From assembly GCA_046583315.1 (NCBI GenBank), contig JAYGCN010000062.1, forward strand, positions 1 to 26,486: a DNA stretch of 26,486 bases. The letters are read 5' to 3'. The notes beneath the pieces were generated by a model. It was given only the letters and a program-made list of their open reading frames with translations, was not told the DNA's origin and did no database searches. This document shows positions 16,252 through 24,823 of the stretch, piece after piece (within the stretch, counting starts at the first letter, position 1; every line of letters begins with the position of its first letter). The translations under genes and the position numbers were made by a program. Source of the DNA: Candidatus Hydrogenedentota bacterium (GTDB lineage Bacteria > Hydrogenedentota > Hydrogenedentia > Hydrogenedentales > GCA-2746185).

Positions 16252-18423
16252 ATGGATAAACCGGAATGGAGTGATCGCCCGATGCCGCAACAGGGCGCGC
16301 TAGATATCCAGCTGTCGATCCCCCATTCTGTTCTACCCGTATCCGAGACGCTTCAATCGATTATCAAACGGGACAATCGTACAGCTCCCTTCGACACACT
16401 CAAAATTTCGGAAGCGATTTTTCAGGCGGCGCAGAGTATTGGTGGTGATGATCGCGCGTTGTCCCAGTCGCTCGCTGCAAGTGTTTCACTGTATTTGGCC
16501 AAGCAGCAGCGGAATGAGCCGCTGAACGTGACGCACGTGGACGACGCGGTGGAACGGGTTCTCATTGAGATGGGTCATGAACGCACGGCATTGGCTTACG
16601 TGCAGCATCGTGACAAACGTCATACGGCGGAGGGCCTTCCCACGCAGGACGCGCGTTCGGTACGTGATGCGCTGATGGAATGGCGCTGGAACCGCTCGAC
16701 GAATGTTGACCGTCCCCTGGATGAATTGGATGTGGCGATTGATGAATTAGGCCTTGCTGAATCGGAACATGAGTCAGTTCGCAAGGCGGTTCACGAATCG
16801 CTGTCCAGTCTGCCTACCACGACACCGTCGGTCGCGTTGATCCACGAGCTGGTGCGCGCCCACTCGAATTTATCTTCGGAGAATGCGGCGAGGCAGTTGC
16901 ATCTGAACTTGGACCAACTGGAGGACGCGCTTTCGGGCACGTCGAATCCTTCACACGATCTGATGACGCCTGGCAGTTCGGATGTCGCGATTGCACGGCG
17001 TGTGAAAGAGGCCTATGCCCTGAATCGCCTTTACAGTCCGGATGTGGTCAATGCACATATTCGCGGTGATTTGCATCTGCATCATCTTGAACAGGCCGAT
17101 CGCATTGATTCGCTTACCCTACATCCCGATACGGTCAAACGTTTCGGATCGGTCGCCCGCTGGATGGATTCACCGAGCCCCGCACGCAAGATTGAAACCC
17201 TTATCGAAGACCTTGTTGAAAGCACGCGTATTCTTCAGGAGTATTGCGCGGAATCGATTCAATGGGAAGCGATTAATTATGCACTTGCGCCCTATCTGGT
17301 CGAGTTTGATGACGTACACCTGCACGCGGTATCGCGACAGCTTATTGACGGGCTCATTGATACGGCGTCTTCGTCCCAAACATGTACGATCAAGTTGCAC
17401 ATCAGCTGGGACGTGCCGCATGACTTGCAGGGCATTGATGCAATGGGGCCGAATGGCGCGAACACTGGAAAACCGTATCAGGCGTATCAAAAGACTGCGC
17501 AAGATTTCGCGCACATGTTATTGCAGGCGTTGCGGGAAACGGCCGTGGATGCGGATGCGTCTTCCCATGTGATGCCAGTCGTTTCTCCGCCGGCTCCAGG
17601 ACCGCGCAATGAAGCGACGGTTTCGTATCTGAATCGTATTGCCTTGTGCGGACTCGTGCTGGACACGATTGAATACCGGTGCGACGCGGATTCGCCGTTG
17701 CTGCCGTTTCAGGAACAGACGTTGCATCCGAAGTCGGTTGTGGCACAGCAAATTACGTTAAACCTGCCGCGACTGGCCTTTGGTGCGCAGGAAGGCCATC
17801 ATTTCTGGACGGCACTGGATCATTTGTTCGACGTCTCAACGGCGGCCGTCCTGGAAAAACGCCGGTTCGTCTGCGAACTGGCGCGCCGCAAGAAAAATGG
17901 TCCTTACAGTTATTTGACGATTCAACACAATGCGCAGGGCTTCGCGGATCTCGAACGTTCGTCGGCGTTGCTTGCGATGTGCGGATTGCCGGAGTGTTCG
18001 GCGGCGTTGCAATCGATTGATGAATTTCAGGGTCAATCGCTGAGCACCATTCAGGAATCCATTGTCGCGTATATCGACGCTCGATGCCAGGCCTGGACCG
18101 CGCAATCGGATGTCGTATTGCAGGTCACGGCCGCCGGACTCGATACCGTCGCCGAGCGATTAACGGGAATTGACAGTACCCACTTCGATGCGGTCAAGAC
18201 ATCCGAATCGTATGGCTACGGGCTGACTCCTCCCTCGGACACGAATAGCTATCGTGAATTCGAGAAACAGCTCGCCACGCTGGCGCGTCACCAATCCTGG
18301 TTGCACGGTAGCACGCCCATCCAACGTCCCGATGCGGACACGACTTTTCCGGAACAGTTGAGCCATACGCTCGAAGATTTTTTCAAGGGTCAGCCGGACG
18401 TGACAATTCGCCTGCAGGGCTAA
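16252..18423 (+). CDS. Degenerate class III ribonucleotide reductase (NrdD-like) protein with ATP-cone; predicted catalytically inactive
   Basis: ATP-cone IIKRDNRTAPFD...VDDAVERVLIEMGH; NrdD-like segments AHIRGDLHLHHL, NYALAPYL, AMGPNG.NTGKPY, ITLNLPRLA, GLPEC; no CCR/GCR, Zn ribbon or RxxGY; start 16252 or 16282. Confidence 0.8.
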   Translation: MDKPEWSDRPMPQQGALDIQLSIPHSVLPVSETLQSIIKRDNRTAPFDTLKISEAIFQAAQSIGGDDRALSQSLAASVSLYLAKQQRNEPLNVTHVDDAVERVLIEMGHERTALAYVQHRDKRHTAEGLPTQDARSVRDALMEWRWNRSTNVDRPLDELDVAIDELGLAESEHESVRKAVHESLSSLPTTTPSVALIHELVRAHSNLSSENAARQLHLNLDQLEDALSGTSNPSHDLMTPGSSDVAIARRVKEAYALNRLYSPDVVNAHIRGDLHLHHLEQADRIDSLTLHPDTVKRFGSVARWMDSPSPARKIETLIEDLVESTRILQEYCAESIQWEAINYALAPYLVEFDDVHLHAVSRQLIDGLIDTASSSQTCTIKLHISWDVPHDLQGIDAMGPNGANTGKPYQAYQKTAQDFAHMLLQALRETAVDADASSHVMPVVSPPAPGPRNEATVSYLNRIALCGLVLDTIEYRCDADSPLLPFQEQTLHPKSVVAQQITLNLPRLAFGAQEGHHFWTALDHLFDVSTAAVLEKRRFVCELARRKKNGPYSYLTIQHNAQGFADLERSSALLAMCGLPECSAALQSIDEFQGQSLSTIQESIVAYIDARCQAWTAQSDVVLQVTAAGLDTVAERLTGIDSTHFDAVKTSESYGYGLTPPSDTNSYREFEKQLATLARHQSWLHGSTPIQRPDADTTFPEQLSHTLEDFFKGQPDVTIRLQG

Positions 18424-18471
18424 CTTACCTTTCTTTCGGGTGAAAGAAAGGTAAGACCAAAGAAAGCCGAT
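18424..18471. repeat. REP-like palindromic unit (possible terminator) directly after the nrdD-like stop
   Basis: Perfect 14-bp stem CTTACCTTTCTTTC-GGGT-GAAAGAAAGGTAAG plus tail ACCAAAGAAAGCCGAT. Confidence 0.85.
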
Positions 18472-18582
18472 AGAACTACTTTTTGTGGCTCGATACACGG
18501 TGTTAATATCGTGCGCTCGGGGCTGGGTTTGTATTTATTCAGCGTGATTTAAACTATTATCGAAAATTTGGAGGGTGGTTGT

Positions 18583-18912
18583 ATGTCTAAACAGATTCCT
18601 GAGCAGTTTGACGGTGTGAGCGTGGTGTGTAAGGCGAATGTTTACTTTGATGGGAAGGTCGTGAGCCATACGATCATCATGCCGGACGGGTCGAATAAAT
18701 CTACGGGCCTGATGTATGCCGGGGCGTATACCTTCAACACGGACGCGGCTGAGCGCATGGATATTATCGCTGGCGAGTGTCGCGTGAAGCTTGCAGGGGA
18801 GGACGAAACGAAATCCTATGCCGCGGGGAGCTTTTTTGAGGTGAACGCGAATTCTTCGTTTGATATCGAAATCGAAGATGGTATCGCGGAGTATGTGTGT
18901 AGCTACTTGTAA
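18583..18912 (+). CDS. ppnP: Pyrimidine/purine nucleoside phosphorylase PpnP (DUF1255/YaiE)
   Basis: KANVYFDGKVVSH, YTFNTDAAERM, F.V.ANSSF, C-terminal YVCSY; GGAGG RBS before ATG 18583. Confidence 0.93.
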   Translation: MSKQIPEQFDGVSVVCKANVYFDGKVVSHTIIMPDGSNKSTGLMYAGAYTFNTDAAERMDIIAGECRVKLAGEDETKSYAAGSFFEVNANSSFDIEIEDGIAEYVCSYL

Positions 18913-18923
18913 GAACTCTTGAT

Positions 18924-18951
18924 CCGCAGATTACGCAGATTTGCGCAGATT
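18924..18951. repeat. Short tandem repeat (CGCAGATT)x3
   Basis: CCGCAGATT ACGCAGATT TGCGCAGATT just after the ppnP stop. Confidence 0.85.
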
Positions 18952-19037
18952 AACAAACTGAAAACCGCGAATGGGTGGGTGGCATTGAGGATGCCTCGAC
19001 CATTGGTGTATGCGAAGAATCCGAGATTCCGCGGTCT

Positions 19038-19099
19038 CGCCCGAAGGGCGCATCGGTTCTTTTTGGCCTTACCTTTTTCTTTCCCAAGAAAAAGGTAAG
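19038..19099. repeat. REP-like palindromic unit directly after the guaA stop, inverted relative to 18424-18471
   Basis: CGCCC-GAA-GGGCG, CGGTTCTTTTTGG, perfect 14-bp stem CTTACCTTTTTCTT-TCCC-AAGAAAAAGGTAAG; 19054-19074 is identical to 5343-5363. Confidence 0.85.
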
Positions 19100-20656
19100 T
19101 TATTCCCACTCGATGGTGCCGGGGGGCTTGGAGGTCACGTCGTAGAGGACGCGGTTGATGTGCTGGACTTCGTTGCAGATTCTGTTTGAGATTCTTTGGA
19201 GGACTTCGTGTGGGAAGCGGAACCAGTCGGTGGTCATGGCGTCTTCGGAGGTGACGGCGCGCAGGCTGCACACTTCTTCGTAGGTGCGTTCGTCGCCTTG
19301 TACGCCGACGGAGCGGACGGGCAATAAGCAGACGAGTGCTTGCCAGATGTCGCCGTAGAGTCCGGCGTTGTGAATTTCTTCGATGTAGATTTCGTCGGCG
19401 TCGCGCAGGGTATCGAGGCGTTCTCTGGTGATGGCACCGATGCAACGTATGCCGAGTCCGGGTCCCGGGAAGGGATGACGGCAGACGACTTCATCGGGCA
19501 GGCCGAGTTCGTGGCCGAGTGCGCGGACCTCGTCTTTGAACAGTTCGCGCAGGGGTTCGAGTAGATCGAGATTCATGATATCGGGCAGTCCGCCGACATT
19601 GTGGTGGCTTTTGATGGTGACGGAGGGTCCGCCGGTGGCACTGACGGATTCGATGACGTCGGGATAGAGCGTACCCTGGGCTAGGAAGTCCATGTGGCCC
19701 ATCTCTTCGGCTTCTTTTTCGAATACGTCGATGAAAAGTTTGCCGATTATTTTGCGTTTCTGTTCGGGTTCGGTGATGCCTTCGAGGGCATCAAGGAACA
19801 AGTCTTCTGAATCCGAGTAACGCAGTTTGATGTGGAAATTATCCTGGAATACCTGTTGCACCAGGTCGACTTCACCTTTGCGCATGAGTCCGTTGTTGAC
19901 GAAGACGCAGGTGAGCTGGTCGCCAATGGCTCTGTGGATGAGGACGGCCGCGACGCTGGAGTCCACTCCCCCACTCAATCCACAGACGACATTTTTGTCG
20001 CCGACCTTTTCGCGGATGTCTTCGATGGCTTTGTCGACGTAGGATTCCATGTTCCAGCGGTGGTCGCATCCGCAGATGGCGTGCACGAAGTTCTGAAAAA
20101 GCGGCTTGCCTTGGGGGGTGTGTACGACTTCCGGGTGAAACTGTACGCCGTAGCGTTTTGCTGAAGCATCGCCAAATGCTGCGAAGGGGCAGTTTTCGGT
20201 GGTGCCGAATACCTTGAAGGACTCGGGTAATGCGGTGACCATATCGCCGTGGCTCATCCAGACCTGGGTCTGTTCGTCCATGTCGGTGAGTAACCCGGTG
20301 TCGTCTGTGTGGTGCAAATGTGCGATGCCGTATTCACGTTTGTCGGCGCGTTCAACGTTGCCGCCGAGTTCTTGGGCCATGAGTTGCGCGCCGTAGCAGA
20401 TGCCGAGGATTGGCAAGGGAAGATCGAATAGTCCGGGAGCTGAAATCGGTGCGTCGTCGGCGTGTACGCTGGAAGGTCCGCCGCTGAGGATGATGCCGGA
20501 GGGTTCGTAGGCCATGATCTCTTCGAGGGAGGCGTCGTAGGAAATGATGAGACTGAACATGCCGGCTTCGCGAACGCGGCGGGCGATCAGTTTGCTGTAT
20601 TGCGCACCGAAGTCGAGTACGATAATGGGATTGGATTCTGGATGTGGTGCGGACAT
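19100..20656 (-). CDS. guaA: GMP synthase (glutamine-hydrolysing)
   Basis: LDFGAQY, LGICYGAQ, QFHPEV, SGGVDSSV, IKSHHNVGGLP, HPFPGPGL, TSKPPGTIEWE. Confidence 0.99.
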   Translation of the reverse strand: MSAPHPESNPIIVLDFGAQYSKLIARRVREAGMFSLIISYDASLEEIMAYEPSGIILSGGPSSVHADDAPISAPGLFDLPLPILGICYGAQLMAQELGGNVERADKREYGIAHLHHTDDTGLLTDMDEQTQVWMSHGDMVTALPESFKVFGTTENCPFAAFGDASAKRYGVQFHPEVVHTPQGKPLFQNFVHAICGCDHRWNMESYVDKAIEDIREKVGDKNVVCGLSGGVDSSVAAVLIHRAIGDQLTCVFVNNGLMRKGEVDLVQQVFQDNFHIKLRYSDSEDLFLDALEGITEPEQKRKIIGKLFIDVFEKEAEEMGHMDFLAQGTLYPDVIESVSATGGPSVTIKSHHNVGGLPDIMNLDLLEPLRELFKDEVRALGHELGLPDEVVCRHPFPGPGLGIRCIGAITRERLDTLRDADEIYIEEIHNAGLYGDIWQALVCLLPVRSVGVQGDERTYEEVCSLRAVTSEDAMTTDWFRFPHEVLQRISNRICNEVQHINRVLYDVTSKPPGTIEWE

Positions 20657-20677
20657 GCCCCGGGCAACCTCTCTGGC

Positions 20678-22141
20678 TTACAAGTGATAGTTTGGCGGTT
20701 CTTCGGTGATGGTAATGTCGTGGGGGTGACTTTCCTGCATTCCGGCGGCAGTGATTTTTACGAATTCTGAGTCACGCCGCAAGGCTTCGAGGGAATTGGT
20801 GCCGCAGTAGCCCATGCCGGAGCGTAAGCCACCCATTAATTGATGAATGGAATCCGCGAGGGAGCCACGATAGGGTACACGACCTTCGACGCCTTCGGGT
20901 ACGAGCTTGTTGGCATCGACATCCTGTTGCATATATCGGGCTTTGGAGCCTTTTTGCATGGCTTTGATGGAGCCCATGCCACGGTAGACTTTGTAGGTCC
21001 GGCCGTCGTAGAAGACGGTTTCGCCGGGGCTTTCTGCGGTGCCTGCGAAGAGGGAGCCTATCATGACGCTGTGTGCGCCGCCTGCGAGGGCTTTGGTGAT
21101 GTCGCCGGAGAGTCGAATGCCGCCGTCTGCGATGACGGGTACGCCGGATTCAGCGGCGGCCATACATACATCCATGACCGCGGTGAGTTGGGGCATGCCG
21201 GCGCCGGAGATAACGCGGGTCGTGCAGATGGAGCCGGGTCCTACGCCTACTTTCACGGCGTCGGTCCCTGCGGCAATGAGATCGACTGCGCCCTCGGGGG
21301 TGACGATGTTCCCGCCGACGACGTCTGTGTCGGGGAAAGCGTCTTTAATGCGTTTGACTTGATCGATGACCATTTGGCTGTGGCCGTGGGCGGTATCCAC
21401 GACAAGGACATCGACTTTGACCGCGATCAATGCCTTGGCGCGTTCAACTTCGTCAGGTGTTGCGCCGATGGCTGCTGCGACGCGGAGGCGTCCCATTTCA
21501 TCTTTGCAGCTGTCCGGGAAGTCGCGGGCCTTGTTGATGTCTTTGATGGTGATGAGACCGCGCAGGATGCCATCGGCATCAACGACAGGCAATTTTTCGA
21601 TGCGGTGTTCGTGTAGCAATTTTTTGGATTCTTCGAGGGAGGTGCCTGGCGCGACGGTGGCCAAATTCTTTTTGGTCATGACAGAATCGATTTCAACGGA
21701 GTAGTCTTCGAGGAATCGGAGGTCGCGATTGGTGAGAATGCCCACGAGTTTCCCTGATTCGTCGGTAATCGGTACACCGGAAACGTGGTAGCGCGCCATG
21801 AGGTCTTCGGCGTCTTGGACGCTCTGGTGTGCCTGTAAGGTGAAGGGGTGGGTGATGATTCCCGCTTGAGATTTCTTGACGCGATCAACTTCAAGGGCTT
21901 GGTCTTCGATGGACAGGTTTTTGTGAATGACGCCGATGCCGCCTTCTTGTGCGATTGCGATCGCGAGGCGGGCTTCGGTGACGGTGTCCATGCCTGCGCT
22001 GATCAGGGGAATGTTCAAACGGACGTTGCGGGTGAAGCGAGTCGTTAAGTCGACGTCACGGGGGAGGATATCGGACTTTGCTGGTTTGAGCAGCACGTCG
22101 TCAAATGACAGTCCCTCTGTAATAACTTTATCGGAGTACAT
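20678..22141 (-). CDS. guaB: IMP dehydrogenase
   Basis: LSFDDVLL, CBS pair, VDTAHGHS, GVGPGSICTTR, IADGGI, YRGMGS, PEGVEG, ESHPHD; ATG 22141 fits the typical N-terminus. Confidence 0.99.
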   Translation of the reverse strand: MYSDKVITEGLSFDDVLLKPAKSDILPRDVDLTTRFTRNVRLNIPLISAGMDTVTEARLAIAIAQEGGIGVIHKNLSIEDQALEVDRVKKSQAGIITHPFTLQAHQSVQDAEDLMARYHVSGVPITDESGKLVGILTNRDLRFLEDYSVEIDSVMTKKNLATVAPGTSLEESKKLLHEHRIEKLPVVDADGILRGLITIKDINKARDFPDSCKDEMGRLRVAAAIGATPDEVERAKALIAVKVDVLVVDTAHGHSQMVIDQVKRIKDAFPDTDVVGGNIVTPEGAVDLIAAGTDAVKVGVGPGSICTTRVISGAGMPQLTAVMDVCMAAAESGVPVIADGGIRLSGDITKALAGGAHSVMIGSLFAGTAESPGETVFYDGRTYKVYRGMGSIKAMQKGSKARYMQQDVDANKLVPEGVEGRVPYRGSLADSIHQLMGGLRSGMGYCGTNSLEALRRDSEFVKITAAGMQESHPHDITITEEPPNYHL

Positions 22142-22213
22142 GATTCTTCGCAACCAGGTGGAAAGTAGGGTGTTCACTACGTCACTGGGAGCGAAAGGGC
22201 TACCAGTTGCGAG

Positions 22214-22243
22214 ATTATACGGATCAAAGTGTGATCAATGCAA
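22214..22243 (-). promoter_or_regulatory. Sigma70-type promoter for guaBA
   Basis: Minus strand TTGCAT-N18-TATAAT. Confidence 0.55.
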
Positions 22244-22383
22244 GTTTGCGGGCGTTTCCCTTACATGTGGGCCACCATTGAAGTTGAATTTTGGCATTGT
22301 AGCATGGAATATCATTTGAAAATTAGGTACCATGGTGAGGTATCGATTTTAGTTCAACGAATCCAACCTCGGAGCACAGAGAC

Positions 22384-23745
22384 ATGAGCAGGAAACAAGT
22401 ATCCCGTCGGGACTTTATGAAAAAAACGGCAGGAATTACGGCGGCCACCGCTGCGGCTACACAGACGGCCCAAGCGAGCGTAATCAAGAATATAATGCCC
22501 GCGAGCGTGATGGGTGCCAACGAAAGAATTATCACGGGCCATATTGGCTTGGGGGGTATGGGGAAACGCGATTTACAGCTGGCACTGAACACGAAGGTGA
22601 TTCAGCCGATTCATACCTGTGACCTGATCTCTCGTTTTGCTGAGCAGGGCGCGGACATGACGCAGGGCATGGGCGGTTATGCGCGTCCAAAGACGACGAC
22701 GCGTTTCGAAGAAGTCATCGAGAACAAAGATATCGACGCGATCGTGATTGTGACGCCGGATCATTGGCACACGATTCCGACCATTATGGCATGTGAAGCG
22801 GGCAAGGATGTGTGGACGGAGAAACCGCTGACGACGACGATCGCTGAGGGACCTCCGGTTATCAAAGCGGTGCGCGATAACAAGACGGTTTTCCAGTGCG
22901 GAAACTTTCAGCGCAGTGGTCAGCATTTCCAGGACGTGGTACAGATGGTTCAGGAAGGCTACATCGGAAAAGTCGGTCGCGTTGAGACGTGGTACCACGA
23001 TCGCGTGCTTAAACCCTTGGCGCCGGGAAAAACATCGCCGGCTCCCCCATTTTGGGATCGTTATCTGGGCTGGACGCCGAAGGTCCCTTACAACAGCAAT
23101 CGCTTCATTTATAATTTCCGTTGGTACCTGAATTATTCGGGCGGCAAGATGACGGATTGGGGTGCGCATTTGATCGACATCGCGTTGTGGGCGATGGGTG
23201 AGGACAATCCGCCGCGCGAAGTCACGTCTTTTTCAGGAAACTACGTAATTGATGATGAACGGACGACGCCGGATACGCTTGAGGCGTTGTACAAATTCGA
23301 TAACTATATTTTGAGCTTCTCGAACCGGGTCTGGAACGGTGTTACGGATGGAAATTACTATGGCATTCGCTTCCATGGCGACAAAGGCACGATTGTTGTT
23401 GATCGCACGGGTTATAAAGTGACCGCGAGCAACAGCGATATTAAAGAGAAAGAAGTGACGAACGTCAAAGAAGGCACCATGAACGCGGCGCATTGGCAGA
23501 ACTGGATCGACTGCATCAAGTCGCGCAAAGATCCGATTTGTTTTGTGGAGTCGGCGTTTAATACGGCGAAGGTCTGCCACATGGGCACGAGCGCGTATGT
23601 CTCCGGTGGTCGCTTGGGTTGGGACGACGAGAATCTCAAGTTCACGGGCACCGACGAGGCCGCGGTCAAGAAAGCCAACGACTGGGCGCATCGTCCCTAT
23701 CAAAACGGCTATTCGCTGGAACCGGGCAAATACTTGCCAGCCTAA
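22384..23745 (+). CDS. Tat-exported Gfo/Idh/MocA-family oxidoreductase
   Basis: Twin-arginine SRRDFMK; GHIGLGGMG, TPDHWH, GKDVWTEKP, DWGAHLID; GGAG RBS. Confidence 0.95.
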   Translation: MSRKQVSRRDFMKKTAGITAATAAATQTAQASVIKNIMPASVMGANERIITGHIGLGGMGKRDLQLALNTKVIQPIHTCDLISRFAEQGADMTQGMGGYARPKTTTRFEEVIENKDIDAIVIVTPDHWHTIPTIMACEAGKDVWTEKPLTTTIAEGPPVIKAVRDNKTVFQCGNFQRSGQHFQDVVQMVQEGYIGKVGRVETWYHDRVLKPLAPGKTSPAPPFWDRYLGWTPKVPYNSNRFIYNFRWYLNYSGGKMTDWGAHLIDIALWAMGEDNPPREVTSFSGNYVIDDERTTPDTLEALYKFDNYILSFSNRVWNGVTDGNYYGIRFHGDKGTIVVDRTGYKVTASNSDIKEKEVTNVKEGTMNAAHWQNWIDCIKSRKDPICFVESAFNTAKVCHMGTSAYVSGGRLGWDDENLKFTGTDEAAVKKANDWAHRPYQNGYSLEPGKYLPA

Positions 23746-23762
23746 GACGCTTCGTTTGCTTG

Positions 23763-23791
23763 TTGAGCAATCATTGCCTTCACGGTATACT
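23763..23791 (+). promoter_or_regulatory. Sigma70-type promoter, probably giving a leaderless mRNA
   Basis: TTGAGC-N17-TATACT; ATG 23798 begins 7 nt after the -10 box; no SD. Confidence 0.5.
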
Positions 23792-23797
23792 CAATTC

Positions 23798-24355
23798 ATG
23801 ACAGGCGACTCCGATCCAATATCGCGGCGTACATTTATAACTTCGTCGGTTGTGGCGGGAACCGTTACGTTGCTACCCGGCTTCTCGTTTGCACAGGCGC
23901 AGGCATCTCCGCACAGCATTGAGCTTGCGCGGCAGGTTGGCGCGATCGGTCGGCTATCGTATATTCAATTGCATGCGGGGCCGGATTTTACTTTGGAGAC
24001 GGCGGCAATTACGATTGAGCAGCTTGCGCAGAAGCGGATGCTTGAGAAGGTTGGTGCGTTAGGCAATCAGGACTTTGTGGATACGCCGGATGTTTTTTTG
24101 TCGACGTTGTATTTTGATCGGGGATTGCGCGCAACGATTGTGTCAATTACCCCGGTGGACGGCGTGATCGGCGTGGTGCGTGGTGAGCAGGGATCGATCA
24201 TTCTTCGAAGGGCTGAACTGACGGTTCTCGATAAGGCCGATTCTGTGAAGCTCACGGCTCCGATAGTATTGCGAGCCTTGTCCGGTGGCTCGCGAACCTA
24301 CCCGCTGATTCTTGAGGCGTTGCGCGAGGAAAAGACCGTGTTCGCGGAGAAATAA
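23798..24355 (+). CDS. Tat-signal protein made of a reduced Gfo/Idh/MocA C-terminal domain (no NAD-binding domain)
   Basis: ISRRTFI signal ending AQA; GAIGRL, DTPD...LYFD, RGEQGSI align with GYIGKV, TTPD...YKFD, HGDKGTI of the upstream gene. Confidence 0.7.
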   Translation: MTGDSDPISRRTFITSSVVAGTVTLLPGFSFAQAQASPHSIELARQVGAIGRLSYIQLHAGPDFTLETAAITIEQLAQKRMLEKVGALGNQDFVDTPDVFLSTLYFDRGLRATIVSITPVDGVIGVVRGEQGSIILRRAELTVLDKADSVKLTAPIVLRALSGGSRTYPLILEALREEKTVFAEK

Positions 24356-24388
24356 AAACGCGTGTACTCCTGTCAGGAATACACGCGT
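24354..24388 (-). terminator. Terminator hairpin between convergent genes (T-tract on tatA strand)
   Basis: ACGCGTGTA-C-TCCT-GTC-AGGA-A-TACACGCGT preceded by an A-run. Confidence 0.7.
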
Positions 24389-24414
24389 AGTGAATCTCTT
24401 TAGCAGGGCGAGAA

Positions 24415-24636
24415 TTACTCGTTGGTAGCTTCTTTATTTTCTGTCGCGGCAGCAGCTGGTGCACTCTTTTCCGTATCCGCTTTCGCTTCTTCCTCTTCTT
24501 CGGGACTCAGGCTGGTCTTGAATTCAGAGATCGCTCCGCCCAAATCGCCGCCGAGGCTCTTTAATTTCTTGCCGCCGAAGATTACCAGTGCAATGGCCAG
24601 AATAATGACCAATTCTGTTGCGCCTAATCCAAACAT
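24415..24636 (-). CDS. tatA: Twin-arginine translocase subunit TatA/TatE
   Basis: MFGLGATELVIILAIALVIFGGKKLKSLGGDLGGAISEFK; AAGGAGG RBS. Confidence 0.96.
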   Translation of the reverse strand: MFGLGATELVIILAIALVIFGGKKLKSLGGDLGGAISEFKTSLSPEEEEEAKADTEKSAPAAAATENKEATNE

Positions 24637-24774
24637 GTTCTAAGCCTCCTTACTGAGGTATTGTCTTCGTAAATCTGATGAATAAACGATTTACTAGTGT
24701 AAGTCTAACACGATTCCGGCCAAATGGGGCATCGAAATCGGGCTGTTTCCCGGGTTTTTGGCCTGAGACCGTAT

Positions 24775-24803
24775 AGTATAGCCCCTGAATAACGTGCAAT
24801 CAA
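24775..24803 (-). promoter_or_regulatory. Possible sigma70 promoter upstream of tatA
   Basis: Minus strand TTGATT-N17-TATACT. Confidence 0.45.
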
Positions 24804-24823
24804 GATTCTTGGTGATGTGAGAT

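Noticed and set aside
5276..19099. CRISPR array or integron attC sites as the explanation for the palindromic repeats
   Set aside because: Units are dispersed and inverted rather than regularly spaced direct repeats; no cas or integrase gene and no RYYYAAC/GTTRRRY ends
18903..19445. 180-aa Arg-rich minus-strand ORF
   Set aside because: Alternative frame of guaA running through the repeat elements
20840..21616. 258-aa plus-strand ORF
   Set aside because: Antisense shadow of guaB
22148..22212. Purine riboswitch or structured leader for guaB (TCGCAAC/GTTGCGA inverted repeat)
   Set aside because: No purine-riboswitch core recognisable, and one arm overlaps the predicted transcription start
23543..23797. 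N-terminal 85 aa of the 270-aa ORF
   Set aside because: Overlaps the oxidoreductase off-frame; the Tat signal and promoter point to ATG 23798
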